Part shown: positions 56,856 to 64,000 of the stretch, in pieces | Layout: every line of letters begins with the position of its first letter | Numbering within the stretch: position 1 is the first letter of the stretch | NCBI GenBank assembly: GCA_963676835.2 | Contig: CAXXFF010000002.1 | Coordinates: 1,875,465 to 1,939,464, forward strand | Direction of reading: 5' to 3' | From: Marispirochaeta sp. | Lineage (GTDB): Bacteria > Spirochaetota > Spirochaetia > JC444 > Marispirochaetaceae | Length of the DNA: 64,000 nucleotides | Program-made: the position numbers and the translations under genes | The notes under the pieces: generated by a model | What the model was told of the DNA's origin: nothing | Database searches by the model: none | What the model saw: only the letters and a program-made list of their open reading frames with translations

Positions 56856-58025
56856 TCAGCTTTTTTTATACTTTTCCAGTATCTCACGGTTTACCCGCAC
56901 CCCCAGTCCCGGTGCTGTTGGTATATCCAGCCGTCCTGCCTTCAGTTCAAACCCGCCGCACAGTTCATCTCTGAGGGGGTTTGGATTTCGGTCATACTCA
57001 ACTGCCGGTTCTGTTTCCAGGGGCACAGGAAATGCCCGGTAAGGTGTTTCCGGTATCAGGGCAATTGCCTGGAGAGAGGCCGCCAGGGCAATCCCTGAAC
57101 CCCATACATGGGGCATTACCAGCAGGTTTCTGCTTGTAGCCAGGGCTGTGATCTTCATAAATTCACTTAAGCCCCCGCATGCGGATATATCCGGCTGCAG
57201 AATATCAACAGCTTCTTTTTCTATTAAAGTACGGAATCCCCAGCGGGTATATTCACATTCACCTCCGGAGACTGCAATATCAAGGGCATCCCTTACCCGC
57301 TTATATCCGTCTAAATCTTCCGGAGGAACCGGTTCTTCAAACATGCGGTAGCCGTATTCTTCCAGTATCCGCCCCGCCCGAATTGCATCATCCGCCCGGT
57401 AGGCATGGTTTGCATCGGCCATCAGAACGGGTTCATTCCCGACGGCATTCCGGACTGCTGCAATCCTCAGCCGGTCCTTGTCTATGGGCCAGAGGCCTAT
57501 TTTTATTTTCAGCATGGAGAAGCCTGCTTCAATATAGCTTTCTGCTTCCCTGCTTACCGCATCCACCACGGCAGTTTCATCCTGAACGTCTGCACCCCGG
57601 TAGTAGCAGCCCGTTGCATAGGCAGCGACACTGGTCCGGAACGGGCCGCCAAGGAGAGTATATGCCGGAACTCCGAGATCCTTTCCTTTCAAATCCCACA
57701 GGGCCACATCGAGGGCACTTATGGCTTCTATATACGGGCCGGTGCGGGAAAAATCTTTTGTCGTAGCATAGAGTTCTTCCCATATTCGTCCTACTTCGTG
57801 AACCTTCCGGCCGATCAGCCGCGGTGCAAGAATCTCATCGATAACTGCTGCCACCGGTTCAGTCGGCCCCCATTGACCGCCTTCTCCCCAGCCGCTTATA
57901 CCGTCTTTGGTAATGATCTCCACGATCATGCTGGTTCTTTCGGGAAAGGCTGCCTGGGATGAATAAAAGCGGGCACTCCCCAGGGGGGCTTTGAGCTGAT
58001 GGGTTACGACACGGGCAATGGTCAC
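56856..58025 (-). CDS. Mandelate racemase/MLE-family enolase, Gci-like; paralogue of 1612-2781
   Basis: SSQ..FPER, GWGEGGQ, AYATG, KIKIG, DANH, PHVWG, PNPLRDEL. Confidence 0.87.
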   Translation of the reverse strand: MTIARVVTHQLKAPLGSARFYSSQAAFPERTSMIVEIITKDGISGWGEGGQWGPTEPVAAVIDEILAPRLIGRKVHEVGRIWEELYATTKDFSRTGPYIEAISALDVALWDLKGKDLGVPAYTLLGGPFRTSVAAYATGCYYRGADVQDETAVVDAVSREAESYIEAGFSMLKIKIGLWPIDKDRLRIAAVRNAVGNEPVLMADANHAYRADDAIRAGRILEEYGYRMFEEPVPPEDLDGYKRVRDALDIAVSGGECEYTRWGFRTLIEKEAVDILQPDISACGGLSEFMKITALATSRNLLVMPHVWGSGIALAASLQAIALIPETPYRAFPVPLETEPAVEYDRNPNPLRDELCGGFELKAGRLDIPTAPGLGVRVNREILEKYKKS

Positions 58026-59110
58026 TACATTCCAACCAGGGGTTTAAGACGGGCGATTTCTTCCTTATCAGAAACCATTATGTAGATATAAAGACCCTTG
58101 GAATCCAGATTATCCATCAGGAGTTTCAGCTCATCTTCAGTAAAGGATCCTCTGATAATAAGGGGACGGTCTGCTTTCTGCACCATCTGGAAGTAGGGGA
58201 CCATCTCGGTCAGAGGTGGCCCACCCACATCATTGTTGATTTCAAATGCCCTGAGATATTCATTCTCCAGCAGGTGGTGAAGGATAAACATGGAAGTGGC
58301 ATGAAGGTGCATGAAGCTGTTATTGAAGTTTGACGCAACCTGTCTGTCCACCTTGCTGAGATAGTTTTTATACAGATCCGGTGATATTACCGCAACAGCA
58401 TCTTCCTGCAGGCGGACTATGGAGTCTGGTGCCCACAACTGATACTGGGCGTCATAATAGCCGCCATGGAAGAGGGGGATCCGGTCCCAGGCTGCTTTGG
58501 TTATACTTATAAAAAACTCTCCCAGTCGAGTCAGAAGATCCAGGGCCTTATCAGGTTCCAGCATCAGGTCGATGGCAGTCTGTTCATGACCTCTCAGGGA
58601 TACCGCGTAATCCAGCGGGCCGAGAAGTGTCCCGTGAGAAACGGGGTATCTGCCGTCTGAACTTTTTACCAGCCGGTCGATAAATTCAAGATAGATATTA
58701 AACCATGGGCTCTCTTTGTGGCTTTCCAGGCTTACATCCTGCAGGTCTTCCCATGCCATGTCCCTATCCACTGCGACTATATTGCCCGGAAGAACCCGCA
58801 TCTGGCTGCCGAGGGTTCCTGCTCCCCAGAAAATAGCCTGGGATGGTGATGCGCCTCGGAGAATATCATCTTCTATTACCTCTCCTTCGCGGAGCAGTTT
58901 TTCCTGGTCATCGATAAATTCAGCCGGACGGACCAGATCATTGGTCAGGAAGGTATCCTTCTGCCAGGATGCGGATGCCTTGAATTCATCAAGGGGAAAC
59001 CAGCTCTTGAAGGAAAATCCAACCAGAGGACGAGATACGGAAGCCCTGTCCCAGAACCGTTTATAGCCCTCTATTTTTTCCGGATTGTTGCCAAAGGGAA
59101 ATGATGCCAT
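58025..59110 (-). CDS. Uroporphyrinogen decarboxylase/methyltransferase-like TIM-barrel protein of unknown function
   Basis: GPLD...LRG, D...EP, QED...ISP..Y, HLH motifs. Confidence 0.6.
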   Translation of the reverse strand: MASFPFGNNPEKIEGYKRFWDRASVSRPLVGFSFKSWFPLDEFKASASWQKDTFLTNDLVRPAEFIDDQEKLLREGEVIEDDILRGASPSQAIFWGAGTLGSQMRVLPGNIVAVDRDMAWEDLQDVSLESHKESPWFNIYLEFIDRLVKSSDGRYPVSHGTLLGPLDYAVSLRGHEQTAIDLMLEPDKALDLLTRLGEFFISITKAAWDRIPLFHGGYYDAQYQLWAPDSIVRLQEDAVAVISPDLYKNYLSKVDRQVASNFNNSFMHLHATSMFILHHLLENEYLRAFEINNDVGGPPLTEMVPYFQMVQKADRPLIIRGSFTEDELKLLMDNLDSKGLYIYIMVSDKEEIARLKPLVGM

Positions 59111-59210
59111 CTCTACTCCTGCGCGAAACGTGGAAGATTGTATACTACAGGGGTAAATCTTAGGGCGAAAAGTAATATCTGTCAATTTAATTGTGTGATG
59201 ATAATAAAAT

Positions 59211-59240
59211 GATCCCCTTCCGTTTAAGCGGAAGGGGATC
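59211..59240 (-). terminator. Hairpin/terminator downstream of the protease gene
   Basis: gatccccttccg-tttaag-cggaaggggatc. Confidence 0.65.
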
Positions 59241-59302
59241 GGGTAAAAGACTCGGACAAAGGACTCAAGAAAGGGGTGGCAGGTGACAGTCCTGGAGGGA
59301 GG

Positions 59303-60763
59303 CTATCGTACGAGTCCCAGTATAATGTCCGACTGCTGACGGGTTACTTTGAAAATCAGTTCATCAGAATCTTCGCTGTTAAACTCACGGTAGAAATCCT
59401 GCAGGCCGCCTATTTTTCTGTTATTAACCTGCCGGACAATATCTCCGGAACGGAAGCCTGCGGTATAGGCCGGTGACCCTTCTGCAACAGCACCTATCAA
59501 TACCTTGCCGGCACTGTTTTCAATATTCAGCTGGGTGCGGATTTCGTCGGTAATCCCCACTACTGTCATACCCGGCCAGAGGTGGGCGGTGTCTGCCTGG
59601 ATCTCATCCTCTGTTGCGCGTATGGCCAGCCGCACCCGCAGTGTCTCTTCCCGGCCGTTGCGGATAATGTCGAAGCGGTAGGTTTTATTCGGTACCAGAG
59701 AAGCAACCTGCTGCATAACCTCTTCGCTGGATTCGATGCTGCGGTTATCTATAGAGACAATAAAGTCTCCCGGGAGGATTCCGCTTTTCATTGCCGGTGA
59801 ATCCTTGTAGACGCTGAATACAAAGGCTCCGCTGCGGCCTTCTATTTCCATGCCGGTGAGGATATTGTCAGAAGGGGTTCCCATGGATATTCCCAGCCAT
59901 CCGTATTCAACCTTACCGGAAGAGATCAGGTCGTCTATGGTCTTTTTGGCATTGTTTATGGGAATTGAAAAGCCCAGGCCGATACTGCCGCCGCTCTGGG
60001 AGGCTATCCAGGTGTTTATGCCGATTACCTGACCTTCGATGTTTACCAGGGCTCCTCCGGAGTTCCCTGGGTTAATGGCCGCGTCGGTCTGAATGTAGTC
60101 GGTGAGGCTGTTGTTGCCGTCAGGTCCTCCGGTACGGCCCAGGGCACTGATGATGCCGGAGGTAAAGGTAGAAGAAAAGCCGAAGGGGCTGCCCACTGCA
60201 AAGGCAATGTCGCCTACCTGTACTTTGGATGAATCTCCCAGCTCCGCCACGGGAACTTCTTCGTAGGTTTCAAATTTTACCAGGGCCAGGTCCTTTCTGG
60301 GATCAGCTCCCACCAGGGTGCCCGAAAAGGTCCTGCCGTCGTAAAGGTGGACGGTTATCTCATCTGCATTGCCGGCGACATGGTTGTTGGTCAGAACATA
60401 CACCTGGTTTCCGGATTTTCTGACAATAACACCGGAGCCGAGCCCTTCCTGTCTGAACTCTCTGGTCTGCGGTTCCTGCTGCTCCTGCTGGCTTCCGGGA
60501 TTCTGCTGTCCGAAAAAGAACTGAAAGGGGTTAACCGGATTAACCACCTGTTTCTGTACTATATCCACCACATCGATGTATACCACCGAGGGCAGTACTT
60601 TCTGGGCGATCTGTCTGGTTTCATTCTGCTGCAAGGCCAGGCCGGGAGTCTCCTGCTGCTGGTTATACAGGGCTCTGGAATAGCCGTCTCCCTGGGCAAA
60701 AACAAATGATCCTGCTGTAAATACAAGAATAAGTACTGCTGCTGTTATCTGTTTCCGTTTCAT
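59303..60763 (-). CDS. degP: HtrA/DegP (Do) serine protease with two PDZ domains
   Basis: GLGSG, TNNHV, QTDAAINPGNSGG, GWLG. Confidence 0.93.
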   Translation of the reverse strand: MKRKQITAAVLILVFTAGSFVFAQGDGYSRALYNQQQETPGLALQQNETRQIAQKVLPSVVYIDVVDIVQKQVVNPVNPFQFFFGQQNPGSQQEQQEPQTREFRQEGLGSGVIVRKSGNQVYVLTNNHVAGNADEITVHLYDGRTFSGTLVGADPRKDLALVKFETYEEVPVAELGDSSKVQVGDIAFAVGSPFGFSSTFTSGIISALGRTGGPDGNNSLTDYIQTDAAINPGNSGGALVNIEGQVIGINTWIASQSGGSIGLGFSIPINNAKKTIDDLISSGKVEYGWLGISMGTPSDNILTGMEIEGRSGAFVFSVYKDSPAMKSGILPGDFIVSIDNRSIESSEEVMQQVASLVPNKTYRFDIIRNGREETLRVRLAIRATEDEIQADTAHLWPGMTVVGITDEIRTQLNIENSAGKVLIGAVAEGSPAYTAGFRSGDIVRQVNNRKIGGLQDFYREFNSEDSDELIFKVTRQQSDIILGLVR

Positions 60764-60888
60764 ACTGGTATCCTCCTAAAGAATTTCTCTCTGAATAGAG
60801 GATACTGTCCCAAGCTTTCGTCTACCTTTCCGTTTAATTACAGTGTTGTAATGTTTTCTTCGGTTTTACTGGAAATAGAAGCAGGGCA

Positions 60889-60929
60889 TAAAAAAAGGGA
60901 AGCCGGTATTCAGGAGGAACCGGCTTCCC
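60889..60929 (-). terminator. Intrinsic terminator after pdxA
   Basis: A-run followed by gggaagccgg...ccggcttccc stem. Confidence 0.75.
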
Positions 60930-60961
60930 TAAAGAAGAGTTAATACTCCCGCTGCGTATGG

Positions 60962-61972
60962 TTAGTCCGCGTTGGAAGCAATTTTTACAGCAATATTAAA
61001 GGCATGACGGGTAGCTCCAACATCTGCCTTGCATTTACCGGCAATATCAAAGGCTGTGCCGTGGGCCGGTGTTGTAATGGGTACCGGAAAGCCTGCGTGG
61101 TAGGTAACACCCCGGTGGAATCCCATAAGCTTGGTGGCAATCTGGCACTGATCGTGATACATGGCTATAACCGCATCAAACTGTCCGTCTCTGAGCTTGA
61201 TAAAGAGGGTGTCCGAAGGGAATGGACCGTCTACGGTAATTCCCTTCTCTTTTGCCGCGTTTACCGCAGGTTCAATAAATTTGCCTTCCTCGTCTCCGAA
61301 GAGACCATGCTCTCCATTGTGGGGGTTCAGGGCTGATACCGCCAGGCGGGGAGCGTCGGCTTTATACGCCTGCATTGCATCGTTTACAAATTCAATTGCC
61401 TTGAGCACGCTTTCTTTGCTGATCATGGAGGCTACATCTTTAATGGCCACGTGGCTGGTAACCCGCATGGTCCAGGACTCGTCGAGGATGTTAATCTCTT
61501 CGAGGCCCTTGTGTCCCGGGAACTGTTCTTTGAAAAGTTCCAGCTCACTGCCGTAGGGAGAACCGCCTTTGTGCATAGCCTCTTTGTTGAGAGGTGCAAA
61601 AAGATAGCCGTCTACAAGCCCGTCATTGATAATCTTGAAGGTAAACAGCAGGGTATCCAGAACCGCTTTACCGGAGCGGGCATCTACTTTGCCTACTTCA
61701 ACAGTTTTGGGATCCAAAGTCGGAAAATCGAGGAGAAGAAAATCTCCTTCTGTTGTGCTTATCTGCTCGGGGGTAGATATGAGTTTCGGCTGGGGAGGAT
61801 TTACCTGTGCCGCTGCAACGCCGGCTTCCCACTGTCGGGCATCGCCGATGATCACAATCTGTGCCTGGGTAAAAACTGAGCTGTCTGCCGTCAGTCGGGC
61901 AATGAGCTCTGCGCCTATTCCCGCAGTATCTCCCAGGGTTACTGCAATGCGCGGTTTCTTGTCATTAGACAT
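60962..61972 (-). CDS. pdxA: PdxA-family dehydrogenase (probably catabolic PdxA2 type)
   Basis: TLGD.AGIG.E, APLNK, LNPH.GE, MYHDQ, HGTAFDIAG. Confidence 0.88.
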   Translation of the reverse strand: MSNDKKPRIAVTLGDTAGIGAELIARLTADSSVFTQAQIVIIGDARQWEAGVAAAQVNPPQPKLISTPEQISTTEGDFLLLDFPTLDPKTVEVGKVDARSGKAVLDTLLFTFKIINDGLVDGYLFAPLNKEAMHKGGSPYGSELELFKEQFPGHKGLEEINILDESWTMRVTSHVAIKDVASMISKESVLKAIEFVNDAMQAYKADAPRLAVSALNPHNGEHGLFGDEEGKFIEPAVNAAKEKGITVDGPFPSDTLFIKLRDGQFDAVIAMYHDQCQIATKLMGFHRGVTYHAGFPVPITTPAHGTAFDIAGKCKADVGATRHAFNIAVKIASNAD

Positions 61973-62178
61973 CTGTATTTTCCTCTCTTAAAAGGCAGTT
62001 AATATCTTGAATCGATCTGTTATCAGACCGCCGTTATTTTCAAACGTATTTTGTCTGCAGGATTCTAAATTCCTGCGGGTTATTATTTCCGGTCGGATAA
62101 TGCCGGGATAAAATCATTTTAAAAGTGCTGCCGGGCAGCTGGATTACTATGAGAGAGCCCCCCCCCCTCCCTTTATGA

Positions 62179-62213
62179 GATTCATGATTCATGATTCATG
62201 ATTCATGATTCAT
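62179..62213. repeat. (GATTCAT)5 microsatellite inside an imperfect hairpin
   Basis: Five exact 7-mers, flanked by ccctccctttatga / tcataagaggggaggg and a C10 tract. Confidence 0.9.
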
Positions 62214-62254
62214 AAGAGGGGAGGGCTCCCGGTGAGCATGCAAAGCAATACTAA

Positions 62255-63211
62255 TTATTTTGCAGCTGAATATTTGTCTTCGAATTCCTGCATGTAAGCT
62301 GTTGCTTCCGGTGCGGGGATGAAGCGGTTGGTAAGGAGGAACTTGTTCAGGTAGCCTTCTTTCCATTCGGGTGTTTCAACAACCTTTGCGAAAACCCCAG
62401 TCCAGAACTCAACAGCTGCTTCGGGCATTTCCATGGGACCTGCGATTCCGCGGAAAACTGTAAGCTCAATGTTGAGACCGAGTTCCTTGAGGGTAGGTGC
62501 ATCAAAGGGTGCGTCAAAGCGGTCTTTGGTAGCTGCAATTACAGGAACCAGCTCGCCGCTCTGTACCAGCTCGTAGGAAGCTGCGGGCTTTGCGATAACT
62601 ACATCGATGTCCCGTCCCAGAGCCTGGGTAAGGGCTTTACCGGTAGAGTCGCTGACCAGGTACTCAGTGTTGGCAGCGCCTGACTCTTCAACAATCTTGT
62701 TGTAGAGGTTGATGTCGTCGCCCTTGGAACCACCGAAGATTACCCGTTCGCCGGATTTGATGGCGGCCATGATTTCTTCACCGGTCTGGTACTTGTAGTC
62801 CTGGTGTACGAGCAGAATCTGACCGTCGTTAGCCATAACTGCAAGGGCGGTAAGATCGTCAAGATCTCCCTTCTCAATCTGTACCAGGGGCTGCAGGTCT
62901 CCATTATTGAAGGTCAGCAGGGTATGTCCGTTGCTCTTGGTGCGGCTTACTTCGCGGCGTCCAACAGCTCCGCCACCATCAGTTTTGTAGTTGATGATGA
63001 TGTCGGCATCAACAAGATTGTATTTCTTGATGATTTCAATGATGTTCTGGGTGAAGATGGAAGATCCACCACCGGGGCTTGAAGTACAGTACCAGGTAAC
63101 CTGTTTCGTGGGTGCCCATGCACCATCACCGGCAGATTCCTTGGAACCTTCTGCGAAGACGAGTCCCGCTACAGCTACAATAAACAACACAGCAAGTAAT
63201 GTTCGTTTCAT
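62255..63211 (-). CDS. tctC: Tripartite tricarboxylate transporter substrate-binding protein
   Basis: PGGG, GGGAVG, PTLKELG, FRG..GP..MP. Confidence 0.88.
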   Translation of the reverse strand: MKRTLLAVLFIVAVAGLVFAEGSKESAGDGAWAPTKQVTWYCTSSPGGGSSIFTQNIIEIIKKYNLVDADIIINYKTDGGGAVGRREVSRTKSNGHTLLTFNNGDLQPLVQIEKGDLDDLTALAVMANDGQILLVHQDYKYQTGEEIMAAIKSGERVIFGGSKGDDINLYNKIVEESGAANTEYLVSDSTGKALTQALGRDIDVVIAKPAASYELVQSGELVPVIAATKDRFDAPFDAPTLKELGLNIELTVFRGIAGPMEMPEAAVEFWTGVFAKVVETPEWKEGYLNKFLLTNRFIPAPEATAYMQEFEDKYSAAK

Positions 63212-63227
63212 CCTAAACTCCTTTCTT

Positions 63228-64000
63228 TTAGGTTGATTTTTTTATCCTTCCGATTACCCAACGGATAGCCGGAGAGCATACAGTGATTAAGAGAAATCCG
63301 ACGAGAACCAGCGAAATAGGCTTCTGGAAGAAAATAAGCATACTTCCGTCGGAAATCTGAAGGGCCTGGCGGAAGTTCTTCTCCATGGTGGGAGCAAGAA
63401 CGTAGGCCAGAAGCAGGGGCGCGATGGGATACTTGAACTTCTTCATGAAGAATCCCACTCCTCCGGCAATCAGCATGATGACGATTCCGTAGAGAGAGTT
63501 GTTCGCGCTGTAACTACCCATGATACAGATAGTTGTAATAATGGGGATCATGATTTTTGCCGGAACCTTGAGGATCTTGATAAGGAAAGGCACAATCATG
63601 AGGGCAACAAAAAGGGTGATTATGTTTGCTACATATAAAGAAGCAATAACTCCCCAGGTAAACTCGGGCTGGGTCTGGAAAAGCCGGGGGCCGGGATTAA
63701 GTCCGTACATGAGCAGACCACCCAGAAGTACCGCGCCGGTTCCTGATCCGGGAATACCAAGAGAGAGGAGGGGTGCAAATGCACCGGCGGCGGCACCGTT
63801 ATTTCCGGCCTCCGCTGCTGCAACGCCTTCAACCATTCCGGTTCCAAGCTTGTCGCCGTTCTTTCCGACTCTCTTCTCCAGCAGATAGCTGAGGAATGCT
63901 CCGGTAGTTGCACCCGCACCGGGAACAACACCGATTATGGTTCCAAGAACACCGGAGCGCAGGGCAGGGGGCAGTATCCGTTTTGCTTCATCCTTGGTAA
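63228..64000 (-). CDS. tctA: Tripartite tricarboxylate transporter permease TctA (5' part outside window)
   Basis: PGAGAT, EAGNN, PLLSLGIPGS, PGP.LF. Confidence 0.92.
   Translation of the reverse strand, partial: TKDEAKRILPPALRSGVLGTIIGVVPGAGATTGAFLSYLLEKRVGKNGDKLGTGMVEGVAAAEAGNNGAAAGAFAPLLSLGIPGSGTGAVLLGGLLMYGLNPGPRLFQTQPEFTWGVIASLYVANIITLFVALMIVPFLIKILKVPAKIMIPIITTICIMGSYSANNSLYGIVIMLIAGGVGFFMKKFKYPIAPLLLAYVLAPTMEKNFRQALQISDGSMLIFFQKPISLVLVGFLLITVCSPAIRWVIGRIKKST

Overview
Bacterial chromosomal window, probably from a free-living spirochaete (inferred from the MKK...FAGGAQD/FANGQGE solute-binding-protein leaders and spirochaete-like repeats; not verified). It starts with the right end of an IS21 element and a small enolase/GntR island beside tRNA-Pro(GGG), followed by housekeeping genes (cNMP histidine kinase, nuclease, M16 protease, asd). 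The remaining ~50 kb is dominated by sugar-acid/carboxylate catabolism: four TRAP systems, a Tct system, three enolase-superfamily enzymes in total, two split transketolases, a transaldolase-like protein, several SDRs and six GntR plus one LacI regulator in the window. The strongest candidate for a novel system is a LacI-linked operon (27456-38147): TRAP transporter, CoA-transferase, crotonase, and a glycyl-radical-enzyme homologue whose radical Gly is replaced by Ala (RVAAY). Its activase has HNGPG instead of HDGPG. This looks like an alanyl (aminoacyl) radical enzyme pathway with unknown substrate. Also seen: a frameshifted HutC regulator, a duplicated TRAP locus with near-identical membrane subunits but divergent binding proteins and a vapBC module between them, a MITE-like element, a REP-like repeat family and candidate operator motifs. 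All product calls come from motif recognition, not database searches.
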